A DNA stretch of 8,160 nt, from positions 1-8,160 of IMG/VR virus record IMGVR_UViG_2693429621_000002, one strand, 5' to 3'. The notes under the pieces are model-generated. The model searched no databases. It saw nothing but the letters and a program-made list of their open reading frames with translations, and was not told the DNA's origin. The position numbers and the translations under genes are program-made. Positions 1 to 6,616 of this stretch are shown here, in pieces. How positions within the stretch are numbered: position 1 is the stretch's first letter; every line of letters begins with the position of its first letter. The DNA is from a virus (taxonomy: Duplodnaviria > Heunggongvirae > Uroviricota > Caudoviricetes).

Positions 1-5
1 AACAA

Positions 6-236
6 ATGGTAGTGTCCGCTATTGCCAGTACACCTCATCCATCACCGAAAAAAATTGGCTTTTACACCATTGGCGATAAAAGCATTTACCTGTATGACCT
101 ACGCCGCATGGATGAAATCATGGAGGCTCTTGATAATCGTTCGTCGATGGATTGGTGTGTTGCTGTTCATGATATGAATGCAGGGTTTGATGAAAAGATT
201 TTGTTCCCCTCATCAGTTGAAAGCACTGCGGGTTAA
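6..236 (+). CDS. hypothetical prophage protein (76 aa from first ATG; may extend 5' beyond the window)
   Basis: Open frame from ATG at 6 to TAA at 234-236; the codon before the ATG in this frame is not a stop, so the true start may lie upstream of the window. No recognisable motif. Confidence 0.4.
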   Translation: MVVSAIASTPHPSPKKIGFYTIGDKSIYLYDLRRMDEIMEALDNRSSMDWCVAVHDMNAGFDEKILFPSSVESTAG

Positions 237-246
237 GGAGTAACAC

Positions 247-414
247 ATGACCACTATTACCAAAGAACGTATTGAATTGTTCATTAAAAACCCGCTTGAA
301 AACGGGCTTACCCGTGGTGAACAAATGGAACTGGCACGGATTGCGCTGGCATCGCTGGAAGCAGAGCCGGTTGTGTTCTGGTTTGAAAAATATCAAGAAG
401 GGGCTACGGCATGA
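247..414 (+). CDS. hypothetical small protein (55 aa), N-terminal paralog of the next gene
   Basis: Strong SD AAGGAG 7 nt upstream of ATG at 247; stop TGA overlaps the next start (ATGA at 411-414). Below the 60-aa cutoff of the ORF track. Shares MTT(I/F)T(K/R)E... and ...(A/V)SL(E/A)AEP motifs with the 411-755 product. Confidence 0.55.
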   Translation: MTTITKERIELFIKNPLENGLTRGEQMELARIALASLEAEPVVFWFEKYQEGATA

Positions 415-755
415 CGACTTTTACCAGAGAGCAGTTAATAGCTCACGCAGAGGAGACTATTGAAGCACAGAGACTGTGCATACCGGGCACAATCGACCAT
501 GACATCATCCGCACATATAAGATGGATATTGCTGTTCTGGAAATCGCACTGGTATCGCTGGCAGCAGAGCCAGCCGGTAAATTGCATGAATACAAACCAG
601 TGGGATATCAGCGTCTGGTCGATGAGTTAACCATGCTGGTAAAGCAGTTAACCTGGCAACTGAGGAAAGCGAAGCCAGACTGCAAATTACCGGATAAGGC
701 GATGAGTTATCTGGAGCGGAACGGACTGATAAGCGTGGAGGATATTTTACGATGA
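411..755 (+). CDS. hypothetical protein (114 aa), paralog of the 247-414 product
   Basis: ORF in track; start overlaps upstream stop and its own stop overlaps the next start (ATGA at 752-755), indicating translational coupling. Internal similarity to the preceding small protein. Confidence 0.6.
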   Translation: MTTFTREQLIAHAEETIEAQRLCIPGTIDHDIIRTYKMDIAVLEIALVSLAAEPAGKLHEYKPVGYQRLVDELTMLVKQLTWQLRKAKPDCKLPDKAMSYLERNGLISVEDILR

Positions 756-835
756 CCTGGCCTGAAGCATTAACAACGGTAGGAATTGCGATGGCGGTGG
801 CGCTGGTGGTGTATTCGATTTGCCGCTGGGGATAA
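752..835 (+). CDS. putative 27-aa hydrophobic membrane micro-protein ([27 protein letters not shown])
   Basis: ATG overlaps the stop of the upstream gene (ATGA); single predicted transmembrane helix; ends TAA 833-835. Too short for the ORF track. Could be a chance ORF. Confidence 0.35.
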   Translation: MTWPEALTTVGIAMAVALVVYSICRWG

Positions 836-841
836 AAACGG

Positions 842-870
842 TTTGCGGGAAAAGGAGAGTTAAGTAGAAT
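842..870 (+). promoter_or_regulatory. candidate sigma70 promoter for hok mRNA (-35 TTTGCG, 17-bp spacer, -10 TAGAAT)
   Basis: Hexamers read directly; the predicted transcript start (about 877) precedes a GCTTGAGGCT motif that I recall from the 5' end of plasmid R1 hok mRNA. Confidence 0.3.
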
Positions 871-1046
871 TGCAGCGGGTGCTTGAGGCTATCTGTCTCA
901 GGCATGAACACCAAAAGGCAGATAGAGAAAAGCCCCAGTTAACATTACGCGTCCGGCAAGACGCTTAACATTAATCTGAGGCTCAATCTATGAACGGCAA
1001 ATCTAGGTTAGCCTCTTACGTGCCGAAAGGCAAGGAGAAGCAGGCT

Positions 1047-1202
1047 ATGAAGCAGCAAAAGGCGATGTTAATCGCCCTGATCGTCATCTGTTTAACCGTC
1101 ATAGTGACGGCACTGGTAACGAGGAAAGACCTCTGCGAGGTACGAATTCGAACCGGCCAGACGGAGGTCGCTGTCTTCACAGCTTACGAACCTGAGGAGT
1201 AA
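1047..1202 (+). CDS. hokD: Hok/Gef-family type I toxin, HokD/RelF-like (51 aa)
   Basis: Translation MKQQKAMLIALIVICLTVIVTALVTRKDLCEVRIRTGQTEVAVFTAYEPEE matches my recollection of E. coli HokD (RelF). The ORF track shows an in-frame 70-aa extension from ATG 990, which may be a mok-like upstream frame or an ORF-finder artefact. Confidence 0.85.
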   Translation: MKQQKAMLIALIVICLTVIVTALVTRKDLCEVRIRTGQTEVAVFTAYEPEE

Positions 1203-1271
1203 GAGACCAGGCGGGGGAGAAATCCCTCGCCACCTCTGATGGGTCAGGCATCCTCAATGCACCCACACTTA

Positions 1272-1300
1272 ACCCGCTTCGGCGGGTTTTTGTTTTTATT
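1272..1300 (+). terminator. rho-independent terminator ending the hok transcript
   Basis: Hairpin ACCCGC-TTCG-GCGGGT followed by TTTTTGTTTTTATTTT. Confidence 0.6.
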
Positions 1301-1310
1301 TTCAACGCGT

Positions 1311-1340
1311 TTGAAGTTTTAGATGGTGCCGGAATAGAAT
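1311..1340 (+). promoter_or_regulatory. candidate sigma70 promoter (-35 TTGAAG, 18-bp spacer, -10 TAGAAT)
   Basis: Hexamers read directly, about 85 nt upstream of the 1423 start codon. Confidence 0.3.
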
Positions 1341-1422
1341 CAAAAATACTTAAGTAGCGCGCAGGGAGAAGAGGGATGGACCCCGAACAGGGGAGTGCTA
1401 TTTATCTGGAAGGATTCTGTTG

Positions 1423-1704
1423 ATGAAAATCGAAGAATTACGTGAAATTTTTAGTGAAGATGGCCTCTATACTGTGCGCGTTGAGAATGGCGCTATTGTC
1501 AGCCACTGCCTTCCAGACTACACAATTCTGATAATTCAGCCGTCTTTGCCAGCAGGCACGGGCGGCGCTCTCACGCATTTAAATCTGATTGGTACCAGCA
1601 TCCCCCATGCACTGAAGAACAGGCCGAATGGCTCATTCAGTGTTACCGCAGGCGCGGATGCGAGGTTAAAAAAGCCCTTAGCCTCGACTACCGTCACTGG
1701 ATAA
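1423..1704 (+). CDS. hypothetical prophage protein (93 aa) in the position occupied by rem in Qin-like prophages
   Basis: ATG at 1423 preceded by GGAAGGA; the ORF track starts 3 nt earlier at TTG. Lies between hok and the DUF968 gene as in Qin. Identity with Rem not verified. Confidence 0.5.
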   Translation: MKIEELREIFSEDGLYTVRVENGAIVSHCLPDYTILIIQPSLPAGTGGALTHLNLIGTSIPHALKNRPNGSFSVTAGADARLKKPLASTTVTG

Positions 1705-1779
1705 TCTCCGTCAGGCTCCCTTACTCCGAACGGCCAACGCGTCCGTCCCGCACATTCCAGCAACGGATCTGGAGGTAAT

Positions 1780-2838
1780 GTGCGGGTATTACTTCGACCT
1801 GTTCTGGTACCGGAACTCGGTCTGGTTATCGTTAAGCCAGGCCGTGAATCAATGTCAGCATTCCATAACGGCAGAATACTGGTGGAGCCGGAACCAAAAA
1901 GCATGCGTAATCTGCCGTCCGGGGTCGTTCCTGCCGCTCGCCAGCCGCTGGTGGAAGACAAAACATTGCTGCCGTTTTTCAGTAACGCACGGGTGATTCG
2001 TGCTGCTGGTGGTGCTGGTGCATTGTCTGACTGGCTGTTGCGCCATATTAAATCCTGCCAGTGGCCACACGGCGATTATCATCACAGCGAAACCGTCATT
2101 CACCGTTATGGTACCGGCGCAATGGTGTTGTGCTGGCACTGCGACAACCAGCTGCGTGACCAGACATCCGAATCACTCGAGCAACTTGCTCATCAAAACC
2201 TGTCAGCATGGATGATTGACGTCATCGGTCACGCAATAAGCGGTACGCAGGAGCGTGAATTATCTCTGGCTGAATTATCCTGGTGGGCGGTCCGCAATCA
2301 GGTGGCGGACGCGCTACCGGAAGCGGTATTACGTCGTTCGCTGGGGTTGCGTGCGGAAAAAATTCGCTCTGTGTACAGTGAAAGCGACATCATACCGGGA
2401 GAGCAGACAGCCACCAGCATACTGAAGCAGCGCACAAAAAATATTGCGTTACTGCCTCACGTCCACCAGCAACAGAACCCACCACAGGAAAAGACGGTGG
2501 TCAGCATTGCCGTTGATCCGGAGTCACCGGCTCAGTATCTCCAGCGCCAGAAATCACAACGGGAAGAGATGCCTGTATACACGCGCTGGGTAAAAACGCA
2601 GAAATGCATGACGTGTGGCAATCAGGCAGATGATCCGCATCACATCATTGGTCATGGACTGGGAGGGATGGGAACAAAGGCTGATGATTTGTTTGTTATT
2701 CCGTTATGCCGTAAATGCCGTAACGAACTACATGCCGGAGTAAAAGATTTTGAAGAGAAACACGGCAGTCAGCTGTTGTTGCTGATTCGTTTTTTAATGC
2801 ACGCGAGAAATTCGGGTGTTCTGAAGTGGAAAGCATAA
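1780..2838 (+). CDS. DUF968 / YdfU-like prophage protein with C-terminal Cys/His cluster (352 aa)
   Basis: Long ORF from GTG 1780 (SD GGAGG at 1771-1775); the true start may be internal. C-terminus has CMTCGN...DPHHIIGH...PLCRKCRNELH, an HNH/zinc-finger-like arrangement. Stop TAA abuts the rusA start. Confidence 0.65.
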   Translation: MRVLLRPVLVPELGLVIVKPGRESMSAFHNGRILVEPEPKSMRNLPSGVVPAARQPLVEDKTLLPFFSNARVIRAAGGAGALSDWLLRHIKSCQWPHGDYHHSETVIHRYGTGAMVLCWHCDNQLRDQTSESLEQLAHQNLSAWMIDVIGHAISGTQERELSLAELSWWAVRNQVADALPEAVLRRSLGLRAEKIRSVYSESDIIPGEQTATSILKQRTKNIALLPHVHQQQNPPQEKTVVSIAVDPESPAQYLQRQKSQREEMPVYTRWVKTQKCMTCGNQADDPHHIIGHGLGGMGTKADDLFVIPLCRKCRNELHAGVKDFEEKHGSQLLLLIRFLMHARNSGVLKWKA

Positions 2839-3219
2839 ATGACCGAGCGCATAGAATTTGTTTTACCTTACCCGCCGACGGTGAACACTTACTGGCGTCG
2901 TCGTGGCAGCACATATTTTGTATCAAAAGCCGGGGAGCGTTATCGCCGGGCAGTGGCGCTTATTGTTCGCCAGCAGCGGCTGAAATTAAGCCTGTCCGGA
3001 AGGTTGGCAATAAAAATTATTGCAGAACCACCGGATAAGCGCCGCCGTGACCTGGACAATATTCTGAAAGCGCCGCTGGATGCGCTGACGCATGCGGGGT
3101 TGCTAATGGACGATGAGCAGTTTGATGAAATCAATATCGTTCGTGGTCAGCCAGTATCTGGTGGACGTCTGGGGGTGAAGATTTACCCCATAATGCATGA
3201 AGAGCAGGTCAAAAAATGA
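2839..3219 (+). CDS. rusA: RusA-family Holliday junction resolvase (126 aa)
   Basis: Conserved RusA blocks LPYPPTVNTYWRRRG, DKRRRDLDNILKAPLDALTHAGL and GGRLGVKI resemble E. coli RusA; SD GGAAAG upstream; stop overlaps the next start (ATGA 3216-3219). Confidence 0.85.
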   Translation: MTERIEFVLPYPPTVNTYWRRRGSTYFVSKAGERYRRAVALIVRQQRLKLSLSGRLAIKIIAEPPDKRRRDLDNILKAPLDALTHAGLLMDDEQFDEINIVRGQPVSGGRLGVKIYPIMHEEQVKK

Positions 3220-4043
3220 AACTGGAAGATTTACCGAAATACTACTCCCCAAAATCCCCCGGCCTGACTGATGCATCGGCCTCAACGTCGAAAGATGCGC
3301 TGAGTATCACTGATGTGATGGCCGCGCAGGGCATGACACAGAATCGGGCTGAGATGGGGGTTTCTGCGTTCCTTGGGAAAATGGGCATTAGTATGAATGA
3401 CAGAGAGCGGGCAACAGAATTGCTGACAGAATATGCACTCAGTCGGTGTGATCGCGTGGCGGCGTTAAGAAAACTCCCGGCAGAAATAAAACCGGCAGTG
3501 ATGCGTATTATGGCTTCGTATGCGTTTGAAGATTATGCCCGTAGCGCGGCGAGCAAAAAACAGTGCCCCTGCTGTCACGGAAAAAAATTTATTGAAAGCG
3601 AGGTTTTTACAAACAAGATCCAGTATCCGGATGGTAAGCCGCCGGTATGGGCAAAGTGTACGAAAGGTGTGTATCCGTCTTACTGGGAAGAATGGAAAAA
3701 AGTCAGGGAGGTGGTAAAAGTTGCCTGTCCGGAGTGTGGCGGAAAGGGTGAGGTTTCCACCGCCTGTAAGGATTGCCGTGGGCGTGGTGTCGCCATTCAT
3801 CGTGAAGAGTCGGTAAAACGTGGTATGCCTGTTATCAGAGACTGCCAGCGTTGTGGTGGTCGTGGCTATGAAAGACTACCATCAACGGAGGCATTTAATG
3901 CTATATGCGAGGTGACAAACCAGATAACACGCGCGTCATGGGAAAAAACAGTTAAGAAATTCTATGATGCGCTGGTGACTCGGTTTGATATTGAAGAAGC
4001 ATGGGCTGAGCGGCAGTTAAAAAAGGTAACTAGGTNAGGTTGA
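3216..4043 (+). CDS. Q-type late antiterminator, QuuQ-like, with zinc-finger motifs (about 274 aa)
   Basis: Repeated CxxC motifs (CPCCHGKKF, CPECGGKG...CKDCRGRG, CQRCGGRG); lies immediately upstream of a promoter plus terminator pair typical of PR'/tR'. The 3' end contains an N at 4036; the duplicate copy shows the true C-terminus ...KKVTR. Confidence 0.7.
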   Translation: MKLEDLPKYYSPKSPGLTDASASTSKDALSITDVMAAQGMTQNRAEMGVSAFLGKMGISMNDRERATELLTEYALSRCDRVAALRKLPAEIKPAVMRIMASYAFEDYARSAASKKQCPCCHGKKFIESEVFTNKIQYPDGKPPVWAKCTKGVYPSYWEEWKKVREVVKVACPECGGKGEVSTACKDCRGRGVAIHREESVKRGMPVIRDCQRCGGRGYERLPSTEAFNAICEVTNQITRASWEKTVKKFYDALVTRFDIEEAWAERQLKKVTRXG

Positions 4044-4128
4044 TTTTTCCGGAATCTGTGGTAAATTCGTCATAACTATGGGCGTTTTATGCCTGACGTT
4101 AGAAGAGTTTCTACAACCCGCCGCCGAG
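3629..4128. repeat. copy 1 of duplicated segment (Q 3' end, PR'-like promoter, start of tR' hairpin) ending at the scaffold gap
   Basis: Matches 4150-4651 except for three substitutions (3962 C/T, 3980 T/C, 4076 T/G) and a small indel around the N at 4036. A copy of the promoter sits at about 4040-4067. Confidence 0.9.
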
Positions 4129-4149
4129 NNNNNNNNNNNNNNNNNNNNN
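4129..4149. other. scaffold gap (21 N)
   Basis: Run of N characters read directly. Confidence 0.97.
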
Positions 4150-4558
4150 GGATGGTAAGCCGCCGGTATGGGCAAAGTGTACGAAAGGTGTGTATCCGTC
4201 TTACTGGGAAGAATGGAAAAAAGTCAGGGAGGTGGTAAAAGTTGCCTGTCCGGAGTGTGGCGGAAAGGGTGAGGTTTCCACCGCCTGTAAGGATTGCCGT
4301 GGGCGTGGTGTCGCCATTCATCGTGAAGAGTCGGTAAAACGTGGTATGCCTGTTATCAGAGACTGCCAGCGTTGTGGTGGTCGTGGCTATGAAAGACTAC
4401 CATCAACGGAGGCATTTAATGCTATATGCGAGGTGACAAACCAGATAACACGCGCGTCATGGGAAAAAACAGTTAAGAAATTTTATGATGCGCTGGTGAC
4501 CCGGTTTGATATTGAAGAAGCATGGGCTGAGCGGCAGTTAAAAAAGGTAACTAGGTAA
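4150..4558 (+). pseudogene. duplicated 3' portion of the Q antiterminator ORF (partial, begins at gap edge); probably contig overlap rather than a separate gene
   Basis: In-frame continuation of Q codons ending ...QLKKVTR-TAA at 4556-4558. The ORF track reports only the part from the internal ATG at 4190. Confidence 0.6.
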
Positions 4559-4563
4559 CAAGG

Positions 4564-4591
4564 TTGATTTTTCCGGAATCTGTGGTAAATT
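4564..4591 (+). promoter_or_regulatory. PR'-like late promoter (-35 TTGATT, 16-bp spacer, -10 TAAATT), presumed Q-utilisation region
   Basis: Hexamers read directly, immediately 3' of the Q gene, with a terminator about 60 nt downstream; this is the lambdoid PR'/qut/tR' arrangement. Confidence 0.55.
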
Positions 4592-4638
4592 CGTCATAAC
4601 GATGGGCGTTTTATGCCTGACGTTAGAAGAGTTTCTAC

Positions 4639-4663
4639 AACCCGCCGCCGAGCGGGTTTTTTA
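4639..4663 (+). terminator. tR'-like rho-independent terminator
   Basis: Hairpin AACCCGC-CGCCGA-GCGGGTT followed by TTTTTTAT. Confidence 0.65.
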
Positions 4664-4782
4664 TGACTGAAATCGCGTCAGTACAGTAAACGCGCTGGTG
4701 GCGGTGAATACCTGTCTTTCAGCTTGCTGGCTTTTTCGACAAGAGTTATTGGTGTGTCACGTTAACCGGAAAAGGAAAAGAC

Positions 4783-4980
4783 ATGCTAAAACAGCAGGAT
4801 ATGACAGAAACCGCCAGAGTGGTGTTTAATGAATTAAGCGTTACCGAACCGGCGACAGTCGGGGAGATAGCGCAGAATACTTACCTTTCACGCGAACGCT
4901 GCCAGTTAATACTGACCCAGCTGGTTATGGCGGGTCTGGCAGACTATCAGTTCGGTTGTTACAGACGCCTTCCGCAGTGA
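4783..4980 (+). CDS. small putative winged-helix/HTH DNA-binding protein (65 aa)
   Basis: SD AAAGGAAAAG 6 nt before ATG; the segment PATVGEIAQNTYLSRERCQLILTQLVMAGLA looks like a helix-turn-helix. An alternative start is ATG 4801. Confidence 0.5.
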   Translation: MLKQQDMTETARVVFNELSVTEPATVGEIAQNTYLSRERCQLILTQLVMAGLADYQFGCYRRLPQ

Positions 4981-4994
4981 AGGCTTTTTTATTT
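4967..4994 (+). terminator. rho-independent terminator overlapping the stop codon of the 4783-4980 ORF
   Basis: Hairpin GCCTTC-CGCAGT-GAAGGC followed by TTTTTTATTT. Confidence 0.5.
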
Positions 4995-5007
4995 GTGGTA
5001 AATGGGC

Positions 5008-5038
5008 GGCTGGTGGGTGTTAGGGGCACCCACCAGCC
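5008..5038 (+). promoter_or_regulatory. perfect 12-bp inverted repeat hairpin (GGCTGGTGGGTG-ttagggg-CACCCACCAGCC) upstream of the methyltransferase gene
   Basis: Read directly; not followed by a T-run. A near-palindrome CTGCTTTGCGCAAAAGCAG lies at 5080-5098, about 35 nt before the methyltransferase start. Confidence 0.4.
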
Positions 5039-5130
5039 ATCTGCTCATGCGTTGGGTTCACAAGCAAACCTCAGGCCCACTGCTTTGCGCAAAAGCAGAA
5101 TGAGCCTATCAGAGACAGGCTTAATGATCC

Positions 5131-6189
5131 ATGCTTAATACTGTAAAAATATCCAGTTGTGAGTTAATCAACGCCGACTGCCTGGAATTTATCCGGTCGT
5201 TACCCGAAAATTCTGTTGACCTGATAGTCACGGACCCGCCGTACTTTAAAGTGAAGCCTGAGGGCTGGGATAACCAGTGGAAGGGCGACGATGATTACCT
5301 GAAGTGGCTGGACCAGTGTCTGGCGCAGTTCTGGCGGGTGCTGAAACCTGCCGGAAGTCTTTACCTGTTCTGTGGTCATCGCCTGGCATCTGATATCGAA
5401 ATCATGATGCGTGAACGCTTCAGTGTGCTGAACCATATTATCTGGGCGAAGCCGTCCGGACGCTGGAACGGATGCAACAAGGAAAGCCTGCGGGCGTATT
5501 TCCCCGCCACAGAGCGCATTCTGTTCGCGGAACATTATCAGGGGCCGTATCGTCCGAAAGATGCCGGGTATGCGGCGAAGGGCAGTGCACTGAAACAGCA
5601 TGTGATGGCCCCGCTGATTTCTTACTTTCGTGATGCGCGAGCTGCCCTGGGGATAACGGCAAAACAGATTGCAGATGCCACAGGAAAGAAAAACATGGTG
5701 TCGCACTGGTTCAGTGCCGGTCAGTGGCAGTTGCCGAATGAAAGCGATTATCTGAAATTACAGGCGCTGTTTGCCCGGGTGGCAGAAGAGAAGCATCGGC
5801 GTGGTGAACTGGAAAAGCTCCACCACCAGCTGGTGGATACGTATACCTCACTGAACCGGCAGTATGCGGAGCTGCTGAGTGAATATAAACATCTGCGGCG
5901 GTATTTTGGCGTGACGGTGCAGGTGCCGTATACCGATGTGTGGACGCATAAACCGGTGCAGTTCTATCCCGGGAAACATCCGTGCGAAAAACCGGCAGAA
6001 ATGCTGCAGCAGATAATCAGCGCTAGCAGTCGTCCGGGTGACCTGATTGCAGATTTTTTCATGGGGTTGGGTTCGACAGTGAAAGCGGCACTGGCGCTCG
6101 GGCGTCGTGCAATTGGCGTTGAGCTGGAGACTGAACGTTTTGAGCAGACGGTTCGGGAAGTACAGGATTTAGTCAGCCAGAACGGATGA
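5131..6189 (+). CDS. beta-class DNA amino-methyltransferase, probably N6-adenine, orphan (352 aa)
   Basis: N-terminal motif IV LIVTDPPYF and C-terminal motif I DFFMGLGST. This order (IV before I) is the beta-class arrangement, and DPPY favours N6-adenine. No restriction endonuclease ORF is adjacent. Confidence 0.85.
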   Translation: MLNTVKISSCELINADCLEFIRSLPENSVDLIVTDPPYFKVKPEGWDNQWKGDDDYLKWLDQCLAQFWRVLKPAGSLYLFCGHRLASDIEIMMRERFSVLNHIIWAKPSGRWNGCNKESLRAYFPATERILFAEHYQGPYRPKDAGYAAKGSALKQHVMAPLISYFRDARAALGITAKQIADATGKKNMVSHWFSAGQWQLPNESDYLKLQALFARVAEEKHRRGELEKLHHQLVDTYTSLNRQYAELLSEYKHLRRYFGVTVQVPYTDVWTHKPVQFYPGKHPCEKPAEMLQQIISASSRPGDLIADFFMGLGSTVKAALALGRRAIGVELETERFEQTVREVQDLVSQNG

Positions 6190-6229
6190 TATTGAAGAAT
6201 TAATTACGCGTCGTTATTATGCGGCTCCC

Positions 6230-6305
6230 GGCCCTTTAGCTCAGTGGTGAGAGCGAGCGACTCATAATCGCCAGGTCGCTGGTTCAAATCCAGCAAGGGC
6301 CACCA
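6230..6305 (+). tRNA. ileZ: tRNA-Ile2 (anticodon CAU, lysidine type; ileX/ileZ-like), 76 nt with encoded CCA
   Basis: Manual cloverleaf: acceptor GGCCCTT/AAGGGCC, D-arm GCTC-AGTGGTGA-GAGC, anticodon loop CTCATAA, T-loop TTCAAAT. Closely resembles my recollection of E. coli ileX. Confidence 0.85.
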
Positions 6306-6312
6306 TCACATA

Positions 6313-6389
6313 CCGCCATTAGCTCATCAGGAAAGAGCGCCAGCCTTCGAAGCTGGCTGCGCGGGGTTCAAGTCCCCGATGGCGGTCCA
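6313..6389 (+). tRNA. argN: tRNA-Arg (anticodon UCG), 77 nt with encoded CCA
   Basis: Acceptor CCGCCAT/ATGGCGG, anticodon stem CCAGC/GCTGG, loop CTTCGAA, T-arm CGGGG-TTCAAGT-CCCCG, discriminator T, CCA. Confidence 0.8.
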
Positions 6390-6402
6390 TTATCTGCATC
6401 AT

Positions 6403-6479
6403 GCGTTGTTAGCTCAGCCGGACAGAGCAATTGCCTTCTAAGCAATCGGTCACTGGTTCGAATCCAGTACAGCGCGCCA
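6403..6479 (+). tRNA. argO: tRNA-Arg (anticodon UCU), 77 nt with encoded CCA
   Basis: Acceptor GCGTTGT/ACAGCGC (one G-U pair), anticodon stem ATTGC/GCAAT, loop CTTCTAA, T-loop TTCGAAT, discriminator G, CCA. Confidence 0.85.
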
Positions 6480-6616
6480 TATTCATTCTTCCAGATTCCT
6501 TCCGGCAGAGCCTTATACTGAAATATACCTGGCTCAGGATATTGTTGAAAATATTTTATGTTTGTCAAAAATAAAAGTTCTGTTAAGTATTGATTGAGTG
6601 TTTGTTATACGGTCTA

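Larger units (their letters stand above)
4150..4651. repeat. copy 2 of duplicated segment, starting immediately after the gap
   Basis: Near-identical to 3629-4128; continues through the complete tR' hairpin. Confidence 0.9.

Noticed and set aside
118-396. Minus-strand 92-aa ORF spanning the first two plus-strand genes
   Set aside because: Overlaps two plus-strand ORFs that have a strong SD and stop/start coupling; no RBS of its own.
990-1046. Calling the 70-aa frame from ATG 990 the hok coding sequence
   Set aside because: Hok-family toxins are about 50 aa and the product from ATG 1047 matches HokD. The extension may be a mok-like regulatory frame, but I cannot confirm this, so the 51-aa call is retained.
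1536-1961. Minus-strand 141-aa ORF
   Set aside because: Overlaps the Rem-position ORF and the DUF968 gene start on the opposite strand; high-GC antisense frame with no RBS or supporting context.
1778-2215. Alternative-frame ORFs 1778-1996 (+), 2000-2215 (+) and 1855-2139 (-)
   Set aside because: All lie inside the 352-aa DUF968 ORF in other frames; the long frame with an RBS and a conserved C-terminal motif is preferred.
3465-3800. Minus-strand 111-aa ORF, and its duplicate at 4076-4321
   Set aside because: Entirely antisense to the well-supported Q gene, with no RBS; the second copy is a by-product of the duplicated segment and contains translated Ns.
3629-4651. Possible CRISPR array or biological tandem duplication suggested by the repeated sequence
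   Set aside because: There are only two copies, each about 500 bp, separated by an N-run, and they contain coding and promoter sequence. This fits contig-end overlap at a scaffold join, not CRISPR repeats or a real tandem duplication.
4956-5138. 60-aa plus-strand ORF between the HTH gene and the methyltransferase
   Set aside because: Runs through the terminator and inverted-repeat hairpins, has no RBS, and overlaps the methyltransferase start out of frame; the interval looks regulatory.
5200-5706. Minus-strand 168-aa and 74-aa ORFs inside the methyltransferase gene
   Set aside because: Antisense to a methyltransferase with clear catalytic motifs; typical shadow ORFs.
6368-6568. Minus-strand 66-aa ORF over the tRNA cluster
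   Set aside because: Antisense to two well-folded tRNA genes; spurious.
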